In this document: positions 11,701-27,195 of the stretch, piece after piece
How positions within the stretch are numbered: position 1 is the first letter of the stretch
Layout: every line of letters begins with the position of its first letter
Assembly: GCF_000143415.4 (NCBI RefSeq)
Contig: NW_003314295.1
Location: 186,001 to 250,000, forward strand
From: Selaginella moellendorffii
Lineage: Eukaryota; Plantae; Lycopodiophyta
Direction of reading: 5' to 3'
Length of the DNA: 64,000 nt
Notes under the pieces: model-generated
What the model was told of the DNA's origin: nothing
Database searches by the model: none
Seen by the model: only the letters and a program-made list of their open reading frames with translations
Program-made: the position numbers and the translations under genes

Positions 11701-14279
11701 TTTGCTACAACCATAGTCCGAGAAAGTGAAGCAATGAATCGGAAAAGACCTCCCGACATTTGATGAATTAGGAACATGAGGAGGAACTGCTGGAAGAACC
11801 TGAAACACTCAAACATAAAATATCAACACTATTTCTCATTAAACATCAATGTAACAAACCTGGCGGCACTAGGAGCAAATCCAACCACGTAGTACGTCAT
11901 GCACACCCAAATTGCTGATTCGAGCAGGGACACTGGAATTCGAGTGATCACGTTAGGAAGAGAAAATGCCCACGCAGGAAATAGCATCTGGTCCCGCTGC
12001 TTGTAAAATACTGGAAGGCGCGCAATGGTCATCGACAACTCCGCAAATCCATTAAACATGACCATGATCAGGCCGAAGAACAAGGCTCCCATGTAGAGAC
12101 TGCCATCGCCAACAGTTCTGTGATGCATTTCGGTCCGGAGAAACACAGTCATCGTGATTACGGCTATAACAATCAGCTGCATTGGAAATTTTAGTATCAG
12201 ATATATAGATTTTAGTCTTTGATAGCATACCTGACAACTTTTGAACACGTAGACGAATGAGTTCCTCTTCATCAAAAGTATCTCCCGCGCCAAGAGAGCC
12301 TTGAAAAGCTCCCAGTTACTAAGAGCGTACTTCTGAGTGACAAGAGCTGCCGGATGGCTTTTACTCTTGTCAAAAGGCCGCGCCAATTCTTCAGCAATGT
12401 TCTGACCGACATGGAACTTTTGAAAGGCATCCGCGAACTCCTGGACAGGTATAAATCTGTATGGCATCCTCTTGTCAGCCCAATACTGTTCCTGGTCTTT
12501 CCTTGACGTGACTTCTTGCAAAAAGTCCGCGACACCTTTCCTCGGAGGACATTTAAATCCCTGCGTCTCGAAGAAATCCAACACGAGTTCCCGGGGCCCC
12601 TGATACACAATCTGCCCCTCCGATAGAAGAATCAAGTCGTCGAAAAGCTCAAACGTCTCGGGAGCAGGCTGGAGCAAGGAGATGACCATGGTAGCATCGA
12701 GCACATGGACAAACTGCCTTAAGCTCTTCACTATCTGAAATGTGGTCGAGCTGTCGAGACCGGTTGAAATCTCGTCCATGAAAAGAGACTTTGCAGGCCC
12801 AACGAGCATCTCTCCTGCAAAATAAACATTTGTCATAAACAAATCGTGACCAAAAAGCTTCCAGGCACCTGTAGTGACACGCTTCTTTTGTCCTCCAGAA
12901 ATACCCCTGCGCATGGCGTCTCCGACAAGTATATCAGAACATACGTCCAAACCCAAAATCTGGAAGCGAAAAAATGCATGAGAACCGCGAATCCTCTTTG
13001 ATCACGATCCAAAACACGCTTACCTTCAGCACATAGTCCGTCACAATGGAGGTCTCCTGACCCTCTATAGCCGACGCCTGTAAGAAGCTCGTAAGAACGC
13101 TGCCAACCAAAAAGTGCTTATTACCTTCATGAACGCATCAACATCAGGATCCGGTTTGATCTTGGCATTTTTCTCCCGTCTTGAAAGCTCCGTTATCATC
13201 TCTAACACAAGTTATAAGAAAGTCAATTCCACTTGCACGCCAACCCAGGACTTTGCTTACGATATCTGCTTCCCACGCCTTGACACCTAGAAGCAAAATC
13301 AAACGTCTCCCTCACTGTCAACTCCCCGCTATGCAAGTCGTGTTGGCTTATGTAAGCAGAAGTCCTTTGAGGCACAAATTCAGTCAATGTGTGGCCATTG
13401 TAGGTGACTCTCCCAGAAACCTGTAAAGTGAAATCGAAGATGAGAACCATCTCCTAAAAGCTGGAGGACTTCCTTACCTTGAGGCTTTGGTCCAACTTTC
13501 CAGAAAGCGCAAGAAGCAGCGTAGTTTTCCCTGCGTTAGGAGGGCCCAGCAGAAGTGTCATCCTGTAGAGAAGTATGAGTACAAGATTTTCGCCGAAAGA
13601 TGCAGCAATTTCATTACCTGGAAGGCTTCACGATACCACTAACGTTGCGCAAAATCGTGAGGACGTGTTTCTTAGAAGGGAGCAAGTGTAGCTTTCCCAA
13701 GATTTGCTGGAAAAACAAATCACAACATAAAAGTAAGAGCCAGAGAGCGATGAAAAGATTTTTTCGTTAATAATACGAACCTGGGACATGTTGATGACAA
13801 AGTTAAACAGCGTCGGTAGAGCTCGCTTGCCGACACGTACAGCAGCTTCGATTTGAAGTCCTTCGTACCTCACCTCGATTTTGGGAAGGTCTATCCCGAC
13901 TCTGAGACAATTGTTCCAAGAGTGAGAAGAAACTCGAGTCAAAACATTTCTACTACCTGTCGATCCTTTCCCGGAGCTTGCGGATGAACATCTCGTTCTC
14001 CGTGTCCGTTGTTGCCAAGAGCTTCTCCACAAGATTCCTCCTCTCCGTGAGGCCCAAGGACTTGACATCAATGTGCTCGTGGCGAGTGCTCCCATGCTCG
14101 CCCACGTTCTTGATTATGGCCGTCCGGAGGCGATCGTATGTGGGAAGCTTCTCCAGCGCGGCCCACTTCAGGGCCTCCTCATCGTCCACCTCCCTGACCG
14201 AGCTGCGCGAGAAGACATTTTCCGTCCACGATCGCGAGCTCGCCGCTCTCATCAGCTCCACGTCGGTCGGAGCCGCCAT
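8723..14279 (-). CDS. PDR: Full-size ABCG / pleiotropic drug resistance (PDR) transporter, multi-exon
   Basis: N-terminal [19 protein letters not shown]; NBD1 GPPNAGKTT and [13 protein letters not shown]; NBD2 GVSGAGKTT and [16 protein letters not shown]; two TMDs; C-terminus FNFQNR*. GT-AG introns of ~50-60 nt (e.g. 13902-13956). Not every junction was checked. Confidence 0.96.
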
Positions 14280-14502
14280 CGCTCCCCCCTTTTCCCCTCT
14301 TTCGCGATGATCCAATGCAATGTTTTCGGCAATATCTGGAATTCCGGGGCGATGCGACCTACAAAATTCCACCCCCGATTCGACGAGCTACCACTAGAAG
14401 TCGATTCGAGCGAGATCCAGATCCCAGATCCTGGCGCTACATCCCTGGATCGATCGAGCCGGAAGAAATGAGGAGAATGGAAAATAGTTTGGGAGCTAGG
14501 GC

Positions 14503-14510
14503 TTTATATA
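14503..14510 (-). promoter_or_regulatory. Putative TATA box of the PDR gene
   Basis: TATATAAA on the minus strand ~225 nt upstream of the ATG. Confidence 0.5.
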
Positions 14511-15258
14511 ATTGGCCTCTTTGGACCATGGCCGAAAACTTCCACAAACAAGCCCATGCTACTCCATGGAAGCTTCTCATTTATACGCTTCTGGGCTGGG
14601 ATTTGATCCGACGGTCCAGACGCTTTCGTGACCCTCTCCTATGGAACATATGGAGAGTCCTCGCCATTAGAAAAAAAACTGTTCTAAGTAGGAGTGCTCT
14701 TCTCGACGCCGCCGCACACGCTTTGGCGTGGATGCAAAGTTTTCTTCCCGGGTTTTTGAGCGAAATTTCGAAATAGAAGCGTTGACAGGGGTGAATATGC
14801 TGCGTACACTAGTTGTTTCAGCAATGGTGTTTGAACACCACCAATAGGATTGGAAAAAAAAATGGTGGTTGTTTCCTCGAATTCGACCGGAATCGTTCGG
14901 CTATTCAATGTGACCTGATCAAAGGTCTTTACAAATTGTAGTAACTTTTGATTACTGAAGAAATTTTATGTTTACTGGAGTTATTTTATTCAATATAATT
15001 CAACTAGTTTGGAGTCAACTTTGATTTGCGATCTTTGAGCAGCATTCAAGATAGTTTTGCTCGGTGGAAGGAGGTCCCGTGCTAATGTAAAACACTTCGG
15101 TTTACTAGCAGTTTTTTAAGTACAACTTGTTGTAGAGTTTGATCTCATTACTAGCAGCTTTTAAATACAATATGTGCTGTCATAAGATCTCGCTGCGCTA
15201 TATGCTAAACATTCGCGTTTGCAAATCAAAAAGCGATTGAGATTCTCATCTTGTAAAC

Positions 15259-17391
<2,133 letters not shown>

Positions 17392-17400
17392 TTGCCGCTA

Positions 17401-17409
17401 AAACCCTAA
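17401..17409. promoter_or_regulatory. Telo-box (AAACCCTAA) immediately 5' of ELP3
   Basis: Motif 10 nt upstream of the ATG, with a second AACCCTAA at ~17416. Telo-boxes are typical of plant translation-related genes. Confidence 0.6.
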
Positions 17410-20400
17410 CCCAAGAACCCTAAAGAAAAAGTTGAAATATATTTTTGAGAAAAAGAAAACTATAGTTTGTGCTAATTATTTCTTTCTTTTGGCATTAAAG
17501 AATGAATAACTTTTGAGTTTTAACAATTCAATTGATATTCAAATTTTTATTTATATCAAAATTGGACAATTGTAGCATTGTCATTATCCCATTTATCCCA
17601 TTTGTATATGGGTTGGATTCATATATGGAATTCTTTATGCTAAAATTCTAATGCACACAATTATGAAGTGTTTGGCAGACTTTGCTCAAACAAATGGAAG
17701 AATGTTTATGAAATATTAATCTTAAGACTTAACATTCATAACTCATAGCAATTGTGAAGGTAAACTCAATTATATTGTTAATATCAGATCATGATGATAG
17801 GAGTTTATATGGTGATGCACTAATAGCACTCTATACCATGTATATCAAAAAGATGGCAAATAACTATCTTAATATGAATAATGTAAGTTCATGTTTTTTG
17901 CAATTATCCTTTTGAATGTCTGAACAAACCGTTCTACCAAACCATTTGTGTAAAGAACCAACTCCCCAAAGTGTCATAAAAAATTCCCAAAACCATGACC
18001 AAAATGATAAAAAGTTTATTAGATGAAACCGAGTCCAAGATTGAGTCTAAGACCGACTCTAAAACTGAGTTCGAGACCGAGTCCAATATTAAGTTTGAGA
18101 TTGACTCCAAGACCGAATTCGATACCAAGTTTGAGATATGAGATTGGGTTTAAAACCAAGTCCGAGGTTGAGTTTGAGACTGAGTCTGAAGTCAGGTCCG
18201 AGATCAAGTCCAAAATTGAGTCCGAAACTGAGTCTAAATACTAATACAGGTTGTGGGGTGAAAGCCCAAAACGATCATCCTATAAAGGGGGTTACAAAGG
18301 GTTCCAAAAGTATAGTAAGGATAGTGGGGTTTAGGAACTAGTTTTGAAAGAATTCTTCAATGGTGTTTCCAAATTGACTTGAGATTAAGACTGGGGTTTA
18401 GGGGTTTTAGATGGGAGTGAGCATGAATTCAGGTGGTGTTAGAGAAGCCACTTAAGGAAGTGTTTAAAAGTAACTCCCACTCCCAGAAGGGAAACCAACT
18501 CCAGTGGTTCTAGCTCATATAAAGTGGTGCCCCACTTGAGTACTATATGGCTCATTGGTCCTCACCCCTTCCCAAAGGCTTGGGCCTTCCCTTTGGGATG
18601 GAAGTGGGGGAGTAAGGGTACCCATACTAGGCCGTTAGGCTATAGTATTTCCCCCCTAGGGTTCTGAAGTAAAAGATGCACCCAGAGCTTGGGATTTAGA
18701 GAGTCCCATAATCAAATATTGTTGTACTAAGGGATGTAAGAATTTAGAGGCTTGAGATTTAGAGGGTCCCATGATCAAGTCTTGTTATACCAAAGGATGT
18801 AAGAACTTGGTGGCTTGGTGTGCTTAGCTATTTGTGTCTGCAAAAAGTGTAGTTGAATCTTAAATCCAATTTAACCCGGAAAGGGGGGATTATGAGAGAA
18901 TTTGGGAATTTCTGGATGGATGGTTAACACTCCATTGCTGGTGCAATGAATGGTTGAAACTAAATAGATCCAAGTAGGAACTGATACAATAGATGGGAAC
19001 TTTGGAAAGGGAACTCAACTAAGGCTAAGGTAGTGGTGGTCAAATAAACAAGGTAAACTAACAAATTGGAAAGGAAAAATTTATGGTTTACAATTTGGTA
19101 TTAAATCTTTTTCCTTAGTTCTAGCTAAAGATAAAGGTGGATTGTTGGGAGATGGCTAAAGCAAGGTATAAAAGAACCAAAACGGAGATAGAACCTCCCT
19201 CGGAGCTAGAGCCTCCAATTGAATAAGAAGCTATGGATGAGGAATCCTTATATGAGGAAGACTCAAGTGAGAAAATTTCTAAACAAGAGTCTGGTGGTGA
19301 GGTTCAGTCATTCAAGGCTTGATTGAACATTCTAGAAGGGCAATTGACACAAATCAATGCCCTGCTAGAGACCCTCATATGCAAACTCAAGTGTGACAAG
19401 AAGCAAAAGAAAAGGCAAAAGATTGCAGATGCTGGTAGTGCAGAAGGCATGGACCTTTTAATAGGGACTGAAGCAGAACCAAACATAGTCAAACAAATTG
19501 AAATAGAATGAGTTCCTCAAGCAGTTCCCAAATACAAACCAAAGCCATCATTGGTCTTTAAGGAAGTGAATGATTATAAGGTGGTAGAGGATTAATTTTA
19601 TAATATAGAGAATTACTTTCGAGCATTGCAGTTACCAAACTCAGAGAAAGTCTTATAGGCAAAACCATATTTAGCAAATAATGCTAAGTATTGATGGAGA
19701 ATAACAGAGGCCAATAAAGGATTGGTGGCCACTTAGGAAATGATAAAGGTGAGGATCTGCACAACTTATATACCTTAGAATGCTACTTTGCACTTAAGGG
19801 ATGAGTTGAGTAGGCTGAAGAAAACAGAAACCATTCAAGTGTATGTGAATGCATTTATGGTGAAGAGGATCTTTGTCACGGATATGGGTGACATGGCTGC
19901 GTTCCATGCTTTTATATCAGGCTTACAAACTTGGGCTTGAAACAAGGTGATGCATTAGAACTCAACCAATATAAGGAAGTATTAGATATAGTTATTAATG
20001 TGCATTTTAATGATAACCTACAAAAGGGGAATACAATAGGGTTGGGGTTCACATTTAGCAAAGGAGATAAACCAAGGGGGATATATAACAGGGGGAAATT
20101 CAAGAAGAATTTTTCTAAGAATGAGTCGTTAAGGTTTTAAAAAGGCAAATCCAGTGGCTAATGAGCAAGTATGTGGGGGAGTCAAATGAAAAGGAACAAA
20201 CCCATTGATAAGAATGTTAAGTCTGCTAGTAGCATGGGAAACAATGTTTTGGCCAAGTTTAATTGCTAGATTTTTTATAAATCTGGGAAAAGCAATATCG
20301 TGGCAAATGCTCTAAGTCGAAAAACAAACTTGAAGTTGGCAATATTTAGCGCGACAACAACATTTTGGAATGATATGCAAATAGTGTATGATGTGATGGT

Positions 20401-21501
20401 CTAGCACAAGAAGTGTTGCTAAGGAACCAAGAGGCACGAGATGCTCACTAGAGAGGTGAGCCACCTATGGAAGAGAAAACAGGTTATGTGGAATGCAATG
20501 GACTTATATATTATAAATAGATGAGGGGAATTAAGGAAAGTAGGTTTAGAAAAGTGTTATGAGACACAAATCCCTAATCCCCAAAGTGGAGCAGAAAAGG
20601 TGCCACATGGTAGTGGTTGAAGTGGAAGTCCAATAAGCGTAACATATTTGGACCAAAGGTTTCAACTTGGAAAGTCAAGTGTGGGAGTAGAACTCCGAAA
20701 AAAGTGCTTGAGGAATGAGCATAAAGCAATTGGTGAATGAGTCTCTAAAAAGGGACACAAGAAGGACTGACATATGGCAAGTGTTGTGACATATAGAAGT
20801 GTCAAGAACGAGTCTGAAAAGGAGTTCGAGAAGGAATCCAAGATGGAGTTCGAGGTAGAATCCGCTGAGATGGAGTTCGAGATGGAGTCCGATATGGACT
20901 CGATATGGAGTCCAAGATAGAGTCTAATATAGACCCAAGATGGACCTAAAATAGAGTCCAAGATAGAGTCCAATATGGATCCAAGATGGACCCGATATGG
21001 ACCTGAAATGAAATTCGAGATAGATCCAATATAGAGTCCGAGATGAACCCAAGATGGAGTCTGAGATGGACCCAAGATGGAGTCTGAGATGGACCCAAAA
21101 TGGAGTCTGAAATGGATCCAAGATGGAGTCTGAAGTCAAGTTCGAGATGGACCTAAGATGGGGTCCGAGGTCGAAGCTGAGAAAGAGACCGAGATTGAGT
21201 TTGAGTTTGAGTTTGAGTCCAAGCCCAAGTCTGAGGCTGAGTCCGAATCCGAGTCCAAGTCTGAGGGTGAAAGCCCAAAGTGATTCTCTCCCAGACCCTA
21301 AGGGGTTTAATGAGCTCCAAACGTATAGTAAGGGGAGGACTCCAGTGGAGCCAGTTTGGCCAGGAAAGGCTAGTGTGACACAGGAAAGCTATACCCATGT
21401 GTTGGGTGATGATATAACCACTGAGGAGTCTAATGCTAGAGTGAATACAAACAAACAAGTGGGGTAGTTTGGTGAAGTGTTCAAGAGTTGGCTTTAGCTC
21501 C

Positions 21502-23288
21502 CTGTTAGCGACTAAATTTTCCATTCTACTTTAGTCACTTAACCACACCTCTGACCACTTGGAGGAGTCTCATTCACAACCTCCATAAGTCCAATCCAGG
21601 ACTTGGGACTTGCTAGCCCCGAGAATGGCATCCATGCCACTCAACATTTGCACTCGGTCCAAGTGCTCCACGTGTCCGATCCCATGACCGACACTCAAAG
21701 GTACCACCGACATAGCAGCCCGTTACGCTAAGGCCATGCCCAATCACCTTTGCCACACTGGTAGTCCAATACCACTTGCATCACCGTCTTGGCTCTCCAA
21801 GACAAAGCAAACTATCCGTGAGTGGTCATCTCAGATCCACTCCTTAGCATCCTTAGGATGCCCACCGACAAGGGGAATAGCCTTCCCCAATATCCCTCTG
21901 TCAGTCCCCACTAAGTCCCTTTCTGCCCCTGGCCGTGTTTGCCAACACTGCCACTGGATCGAGACCCACAGGCCCGACCACTAAGTCCCACGGTCCTCTG
22001 GAACTTCCTCACCACACGACTGTGTCCTTGGTCACTACCCCAGAGGACTGCTCCTCTTCCTTTCCACAGTCTGGGCCTTTGGGACAACATTTCGGAACAC
22101 CGTGGCCTTACGCGAGCCACCTGGGTACTCTCCTCGCCTTCTGCCCTTGGGTGCTCTAGCCATGGGCTTAGAGCGGGTTCTGTTGAGCCACACCAGGTAT
22201 CCAAGTAGGTAGTGCCACCCACACTTGGACTGGGAGCATCGGCCAGTCGATCTCCCGGGGGAACTAGAGCCGGCTCTTGAACACTTCACCAAGCTACCCC
22301 GCTTGTCGGTCCGTGTTCACTCTAGTCTTGGACTTCCCAGTGGTCAGCTCATCACCCAACACTGGGTCTGGCCTTCCTGGGCCAAACTGGCCTTTCTTGG
22401 CCAAACTGGCTCCACTGGGCTCCAACCCCCACACTCTCCCTACTATACTTTTGGAACCCCCCGCAGCCCCCCCCCCCCCTGGGGGACGATCGCTTTGGGC
22501 TTTCACCCAACTGCCTGTATTAGTATTCGGACTTGGACTCGGGCTCGAACTCGGACTCGGACTCGGTCTCGGTCCCGGTTTCGGACTCGGACTCGGTCTC
22601 GGTCTCGGTCTCGGCCTCGGTCTCGGCCTCGGTCTCGGCCTCGGTCTCGGTCTCGGTCTCAGTTCCATCTCGGACTCCATCTCGGACTCCATCTCGGGTC
22701 CATCTCGGACTCCATCTCGGACCCCATCTCGGGTCCATCTCGGACTCCATATCGGACTCCGTCTCGGTCCATCTCGGACTCCATCTCGGACCCCATCTTG
22801 GGTCCATCTCGGACTCCATATCGGACTCTGTCTCGGTCCATCTCGGACTCCTTCTCAGACTCCATCTCGGGTCCATCTCGGACTCCATCTTGGGTCCATC
22901 TCGGACTCCATCTCGGGTCCATCTCGGACTCCATCTCGGGTCCATCTCGGACTCCATCTCGGACTCCTTCTCGGGTCCATCTTGGACTCCACTTCGGACT
23001 CCAACTCGGGTCCATCTCGGACTCCACTTCGGACTCCAACTCGAGTCCATCTCGGACACTTCCACGTGTCATGTGTTGGTCCTTTTGGGTCCCTTTTTGG
23101 AGCCTCGCTTTTTGCTCGCTTCGTGCTCGTTCCTCGAGCACTTCGTTGGGAGTTCCACTCCCGCTCTTGACTTTTCAAGTCGGAGCTTTTGGTCCAAACG
23201 TGTTACGCTTGTTTGGCTCTCGCTTCGGCCACTACCACGTGGCACCCTTCCGGCTCCGCTTTGGGGCCTAGGGATTTTGTGTCTCACA
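21502..23288 (-). mobile_element. Younger solo LTR, family A (1787 bp), with 4-bp TSD CTCC
   Basis: TGTGAGAC...GCTAACA on the minus strand; CTCC at 21498-21501 and 23289-23292; the host LTR is continuous across the insertion. Confidence 0.9.
22526..23058. repeat. Compound micro/minisatellite (CTCGGA/CTCGGT hexamers; CTCGGACTCCAT / CTCGGGTCCAT 11-12-mers) inside the LTR
   Basis: Directly visible; degenerate equivalents at 18025-18237, 20805-21262 and 45990-46188. Confidence 0.95.
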
Positions 23289-25647
23289 CTCCTCTAGGAG
23301 ATCGAATGATTGATGTTCCCAATCCTACTTGGATATCTAGTGTGGCTTATTGGAACTTTGCTCTAGCCATATGGTTAGGGCACTCAAAGGAGGAAGGTAG
23401 GGAGAGTACCCACAAGGCTTGTATAGGGCCACAATATTTCAAAATGTCATTCCAAAGTCCCAAATTGTGGAAAGAAAAAGAAGTAATCCTTTGGTGTAGT
23501 GACCAAGGATATGGTCATATGGTGAGCAAGTCCTAGAGGATAGTGGGACTTAGTGGTCAAGCCTTTGGGCCTTGACCCAATGGTAGTGTCGGCAAGCGTG
23601 GCCATGGATGAAGACGAACTTGATGGGGATGGAAAAAGGGACATTAGGGAAGGGTATTCCCATGTCTCCGGGCATTCTAAGGGTGTTAAGGTGCGATTAA
23701 GAAATGACCACTCATGGTCAAATGGCCCAATCTTTGAGAGACAGGACTATAATTTAGGTGGTACTTTTGGGTGTCAGTTATGGGATTGGACACTTGGAGC
23801 ACTTGGACTAAGTACAAAGGCTAAGTGGTATAGATGCCATTCACGGGGCTAACATGTCTCCAAGTCCTAAATAGAATTTATAGAGATTATGAGTGAAACT
23901 CCTCTAAATGGTCAAAGATGTGGTTAAGTGATTAAAGTAGAATGGAAAATTTAGTTTCTTATATAGACCTTTTATGGAACACGGTAGAATGCCTAAGAAA
24001 ATAGGCTTACTCAAGAGGAAATATCATTAGCTAGATATGGCTAAAGACATCTAATATTATGTAAAGACATGTCTAGGTCAAAGTTGTGATTAAGGCTAGT
24101 GGGGGTTTGTTACAAAGCCTCTCAATTCTAGATCATCCATGGAAATGTCTTATAATGGACTTTATCATGGGACTCCCCACAAATGAGGAGCTTGATGCAA
24201 TATTTGTTGTAGTCAACCGGTTTAAAAAATGGCACATTTCACACCTACCACAACAAAAGTGAATGCAGAAGGTGTAGCAAAACTGTTTTTCAAATAAATG
24301 GTTCGAGTGTAGGGAAGGTCGGAAGAGATTATCTCAGATCGAGATAAGATCTTCACCAATAAGTTCTAGAGAACTCTCCTAGAGCAGTATCGTACCAAGT
24401 TAAAATTCAGCACAACCTATCACCCACAGACAAGTATTGAGTAATGAGTCAAGTTTGATGGCAATAACACTTCTTGATAGATGGATAAACGAGAAGGGTG
24501 AATAGACAACTGAAGGATTATTTGCAATGCTATATCTTTGGAGACTAAACTGGTTGGGTAAGTCATTTGGGATTTATAAAAATATGCTATAACAATTCAC
24601 TACATTCAAGTGTTGGGGTGAGTCCATGGGAAGTCATCAATAGGCGAGCTATTGAAAGTCCTATAGAACTTGGTATAACCGAGTATCATGGAGAGTTACC
24701 TGCAGTGAAAGCATTCACAATGAAAAGACTCAACATTTGGAATGTAGTGAAGGATTCCTTAGAACAGGCTTAATAAAGGCAAACCAAATATGCAAATCAA
24801 AAGCATCAAGATGTGGAGTTCTAACTTGGGGAAAAGGTGTGGCTAACAATAAAAACCTAAGGTTACCAAGTGGGATTAGTTGAAAGTTGACCCAAAGGTA
24901 AAGTGCATGTATTCTTGGAAATGAGCTAATCTTGAGTTCCTTAAGTAGGTTCATGGGGCCCTATGAAATTGAGGCTCGAATTGGTAAAGTGGCTTACTGC
25001 TTTTAACTTCCTCGAGAGATAGGGAAGATGCACCTTGTGTTCCACGTGAACTTGCTCAAGTTGTACTTTGAGAACTCACTTGTAAGGACCAAATAAGACC
25101 TTACTCAAGGTTATCCAAGGGGAGGAAGAATACAAGATTGAGGCCATCCTCAATGTGCACAAGAACAAATGACAAAGACACAATGTGAAGGTGTTCCATA
25201 TAAAGCGGAAAGAATTTCCACTTTGTGAAGCAACATGGGAACCAAAGGAGAACCTGGTGAATGTGTGAGATTTAATGGACGAATGTTTACAAGGTAAAAC
25301 TCTATGTATTTATGCAAATTTCAACTAAAGTATCCATTTGGGAAATTGAACAATGTTATATATTAGGATTGGAAGGCATGCCAAAGGTAATCTAATTAAT
25401 ATGGGTTTAGCTAGGTCGACCAAGTGTAGAGAGTTATGCCCAACTCTTCGAAGGGATGTCAAATCTGTAGACATATTTAACGGAAGTTGAATTCAAGCCC
25501 CAACTCTCTAGTAAAGCAAGGCTGGGTTCAAGTCCCAACCCTATACTATGGTGTGGTGAGGTGAGGGGTATAAGGACACCTATATCATGTTGTTATAGGC
25601 TCTTAACCAGGGAGGTTGACTTAGGCATATTAATAAATGGGGGGATG

Positions 25648-26642
25648 TGTAGTGCAACCCTTTTTATCCTATGGTGATTTACTATAAGATAACCATGAAC
25701 TGGAACCTAAACCCTTTATGTGCCACATGTCACATCCCATTTGCCTAGTGGAGTGTAACTCAAGTTTTAGGGCCTTGAGCCATTGAATGAAGGTATAGAG
25801 ATAAACTCCCAAACTTGAAGCCAAGAAGCAAAGGAACTCTAGTACGGAGTGACTCTTGAGCATTCAGCCTAAGGAGTGAAGGGACAGGAGCATGGAGTGA
25901 CTTGGAATAGTCCTAGAGTCTAGCATCCTAATGCTAGAATTAGCATGCAAAACAACGCCAAATGAAGTCTAGTGCAATTTTAGCATACTAGTGGCTCAAC
26001 ATAAGGATATAGGTACTCCACTAGCTAGCATAGTGTAGAACTTAGGCTTAGACCCAAGTTAAACGCAGAATAAGGATAGGCATATAAGCAGGAGCTAGAC
26101 TATGCCTCAAGATGGTCAGCCATACCCAACCTACCCACTATCCCACTATTCCCTACTAAATATTTGGAATAGTGTTAGATTGTGAATTTGGACACGGGAT
26201 AAATACCATTGTGTTAAAAACAATCTCTACATTCTGTAGATATGCCAAATTAACAAATTTAAACACTTTTCATAAATAGCAATTAGGACCGAAATGAGAC
26301 CAACACAAAGGTCATAATAGTGAGGGTGTTTGGCAAACATAGTAAAATATCATGTAGCAATATTGAGGGATTAGTCTCAATACACGATGGTTCTTATCAT
26401 TATCTAGTGCAAGACACAACGAAACGGGAACTCCTTACCAGGGTAAATATACTTAGCTAATAATACATAGGAATTTTGTCTTTATGCTTGTTCAGTCTAA
26501 GTACACTCGAAATGCCCAGTTAACTCCACTAGCACAAGAGGGATTGATAAAGGGTTTAACAGTCGTCGTGGCAATAAGGAAAGAATATCCAAAAGGACTG
26601 GCTGATAGGTAACTTTCAATGCCCAAAGTCACATTCATGATA
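25648..26642 (-). mobile_element. Solo LTR family B with imperfect 5-bp TSD (GGATG/AGATG)
   Basis: Diverged reverse complement of 34452-35592, with both termini present. Confidence 0.82.
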
Positions 26643-26718
26643 AGATGCCTCCGGAGATATGGTCAACAAGTCATAGGATTGAAAAGAGACATTCGATGTG
26701 GGCATTAAACTTCTTTTA

Positions 26719-27194
26719 TGTAGCGCATGTGGTTTTTACCCTTTATCCTATGGTGATTTACCATAGAATAATCACGAAGCGGAACCTAAACCCTCCATAT
26801 GCCACGTGTCATATCCCATGTGTCCAAAGGACAGTAGAATGGAACTTGAGTTTCAAGGCCTTAGGCCACTGAACGAAGGAATGGAGCTAAACTCCCAAGC
26901 ATGGAACCAAGGAGCAAAGGAACTGGAGTATGGAGTGACTCCCGAGCGTATAGCCCAAGGAGAGAAGGGATAGGAGCATGAAGAAACTTGGAATAATTCT
27001 AGAGCATCCAGCATCCCAAAGCCAAGACTAACACGCAAAACATAGCCAAGCAAAATTTAACGCTATTTTAGTATACCGGTGGCCTAACGCAAGGATATGG
27101 GTACTCCACCAACTAGCATGGTATAGAACTTGGGCTTAAACCCAAGCTGGACACAGAACAAGGACAAACACACAAACGGGAGCTAGACTATGCC
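26719..27194 (-). mobile_element. Truncated LTR family B fragment
   Basis: Begins TGTAGCGCATGTGGTTTTTACCC, the reverse complement of the 3' end of 34452-35592. Confidence 0.85.
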
Positions 27195-27195
27195 T

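Larger units (their letters stand above)
20558..23963 (+). mobile_element. Old solo LTR (family A, with internal GAGTCC/GAGATG array) inserted in the family D integrase
   Basis: The integrase reads ...LE(E)C at 20557 and resumes with a GPF-GHG relic at ~23965. The intervening DNA is a diverged inverted copy of 21502-23288. Confidence 0.8.
17949..25554 (+). mobile_element. Old, degenerate chromoviral Ty3/Gypsy element (family D): 5' LTR, gag relic, deleted PR/RT, integrase + chromodomain; interrupted by nested LTRs
   Basis: LTR 17949-19092 (TGTAA...TTACA); degenerate PBS-Met TGGTATTAAATC at 19096-19107; gag relic ~19150-20250; INT ~20400-20557 and 23964-25290. Homologous to 45909-52513. Confidence 0.85.

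Noticed and set aside
22430-22523. Twister ribozyme resemblance (TAATAC...GGTGAAAGCCC...GTATAGT)
   Set aside because: The loop lacks the conserved U and a consistent pseudoknot partner across copies. Retained only as an unexplained module.
22225-23297. Long ORFs in several frames (348, 297 and 254 aa)
   Set aside because: They arise from the stop-free tandem array inside an LTR and encode repetitive peptides.
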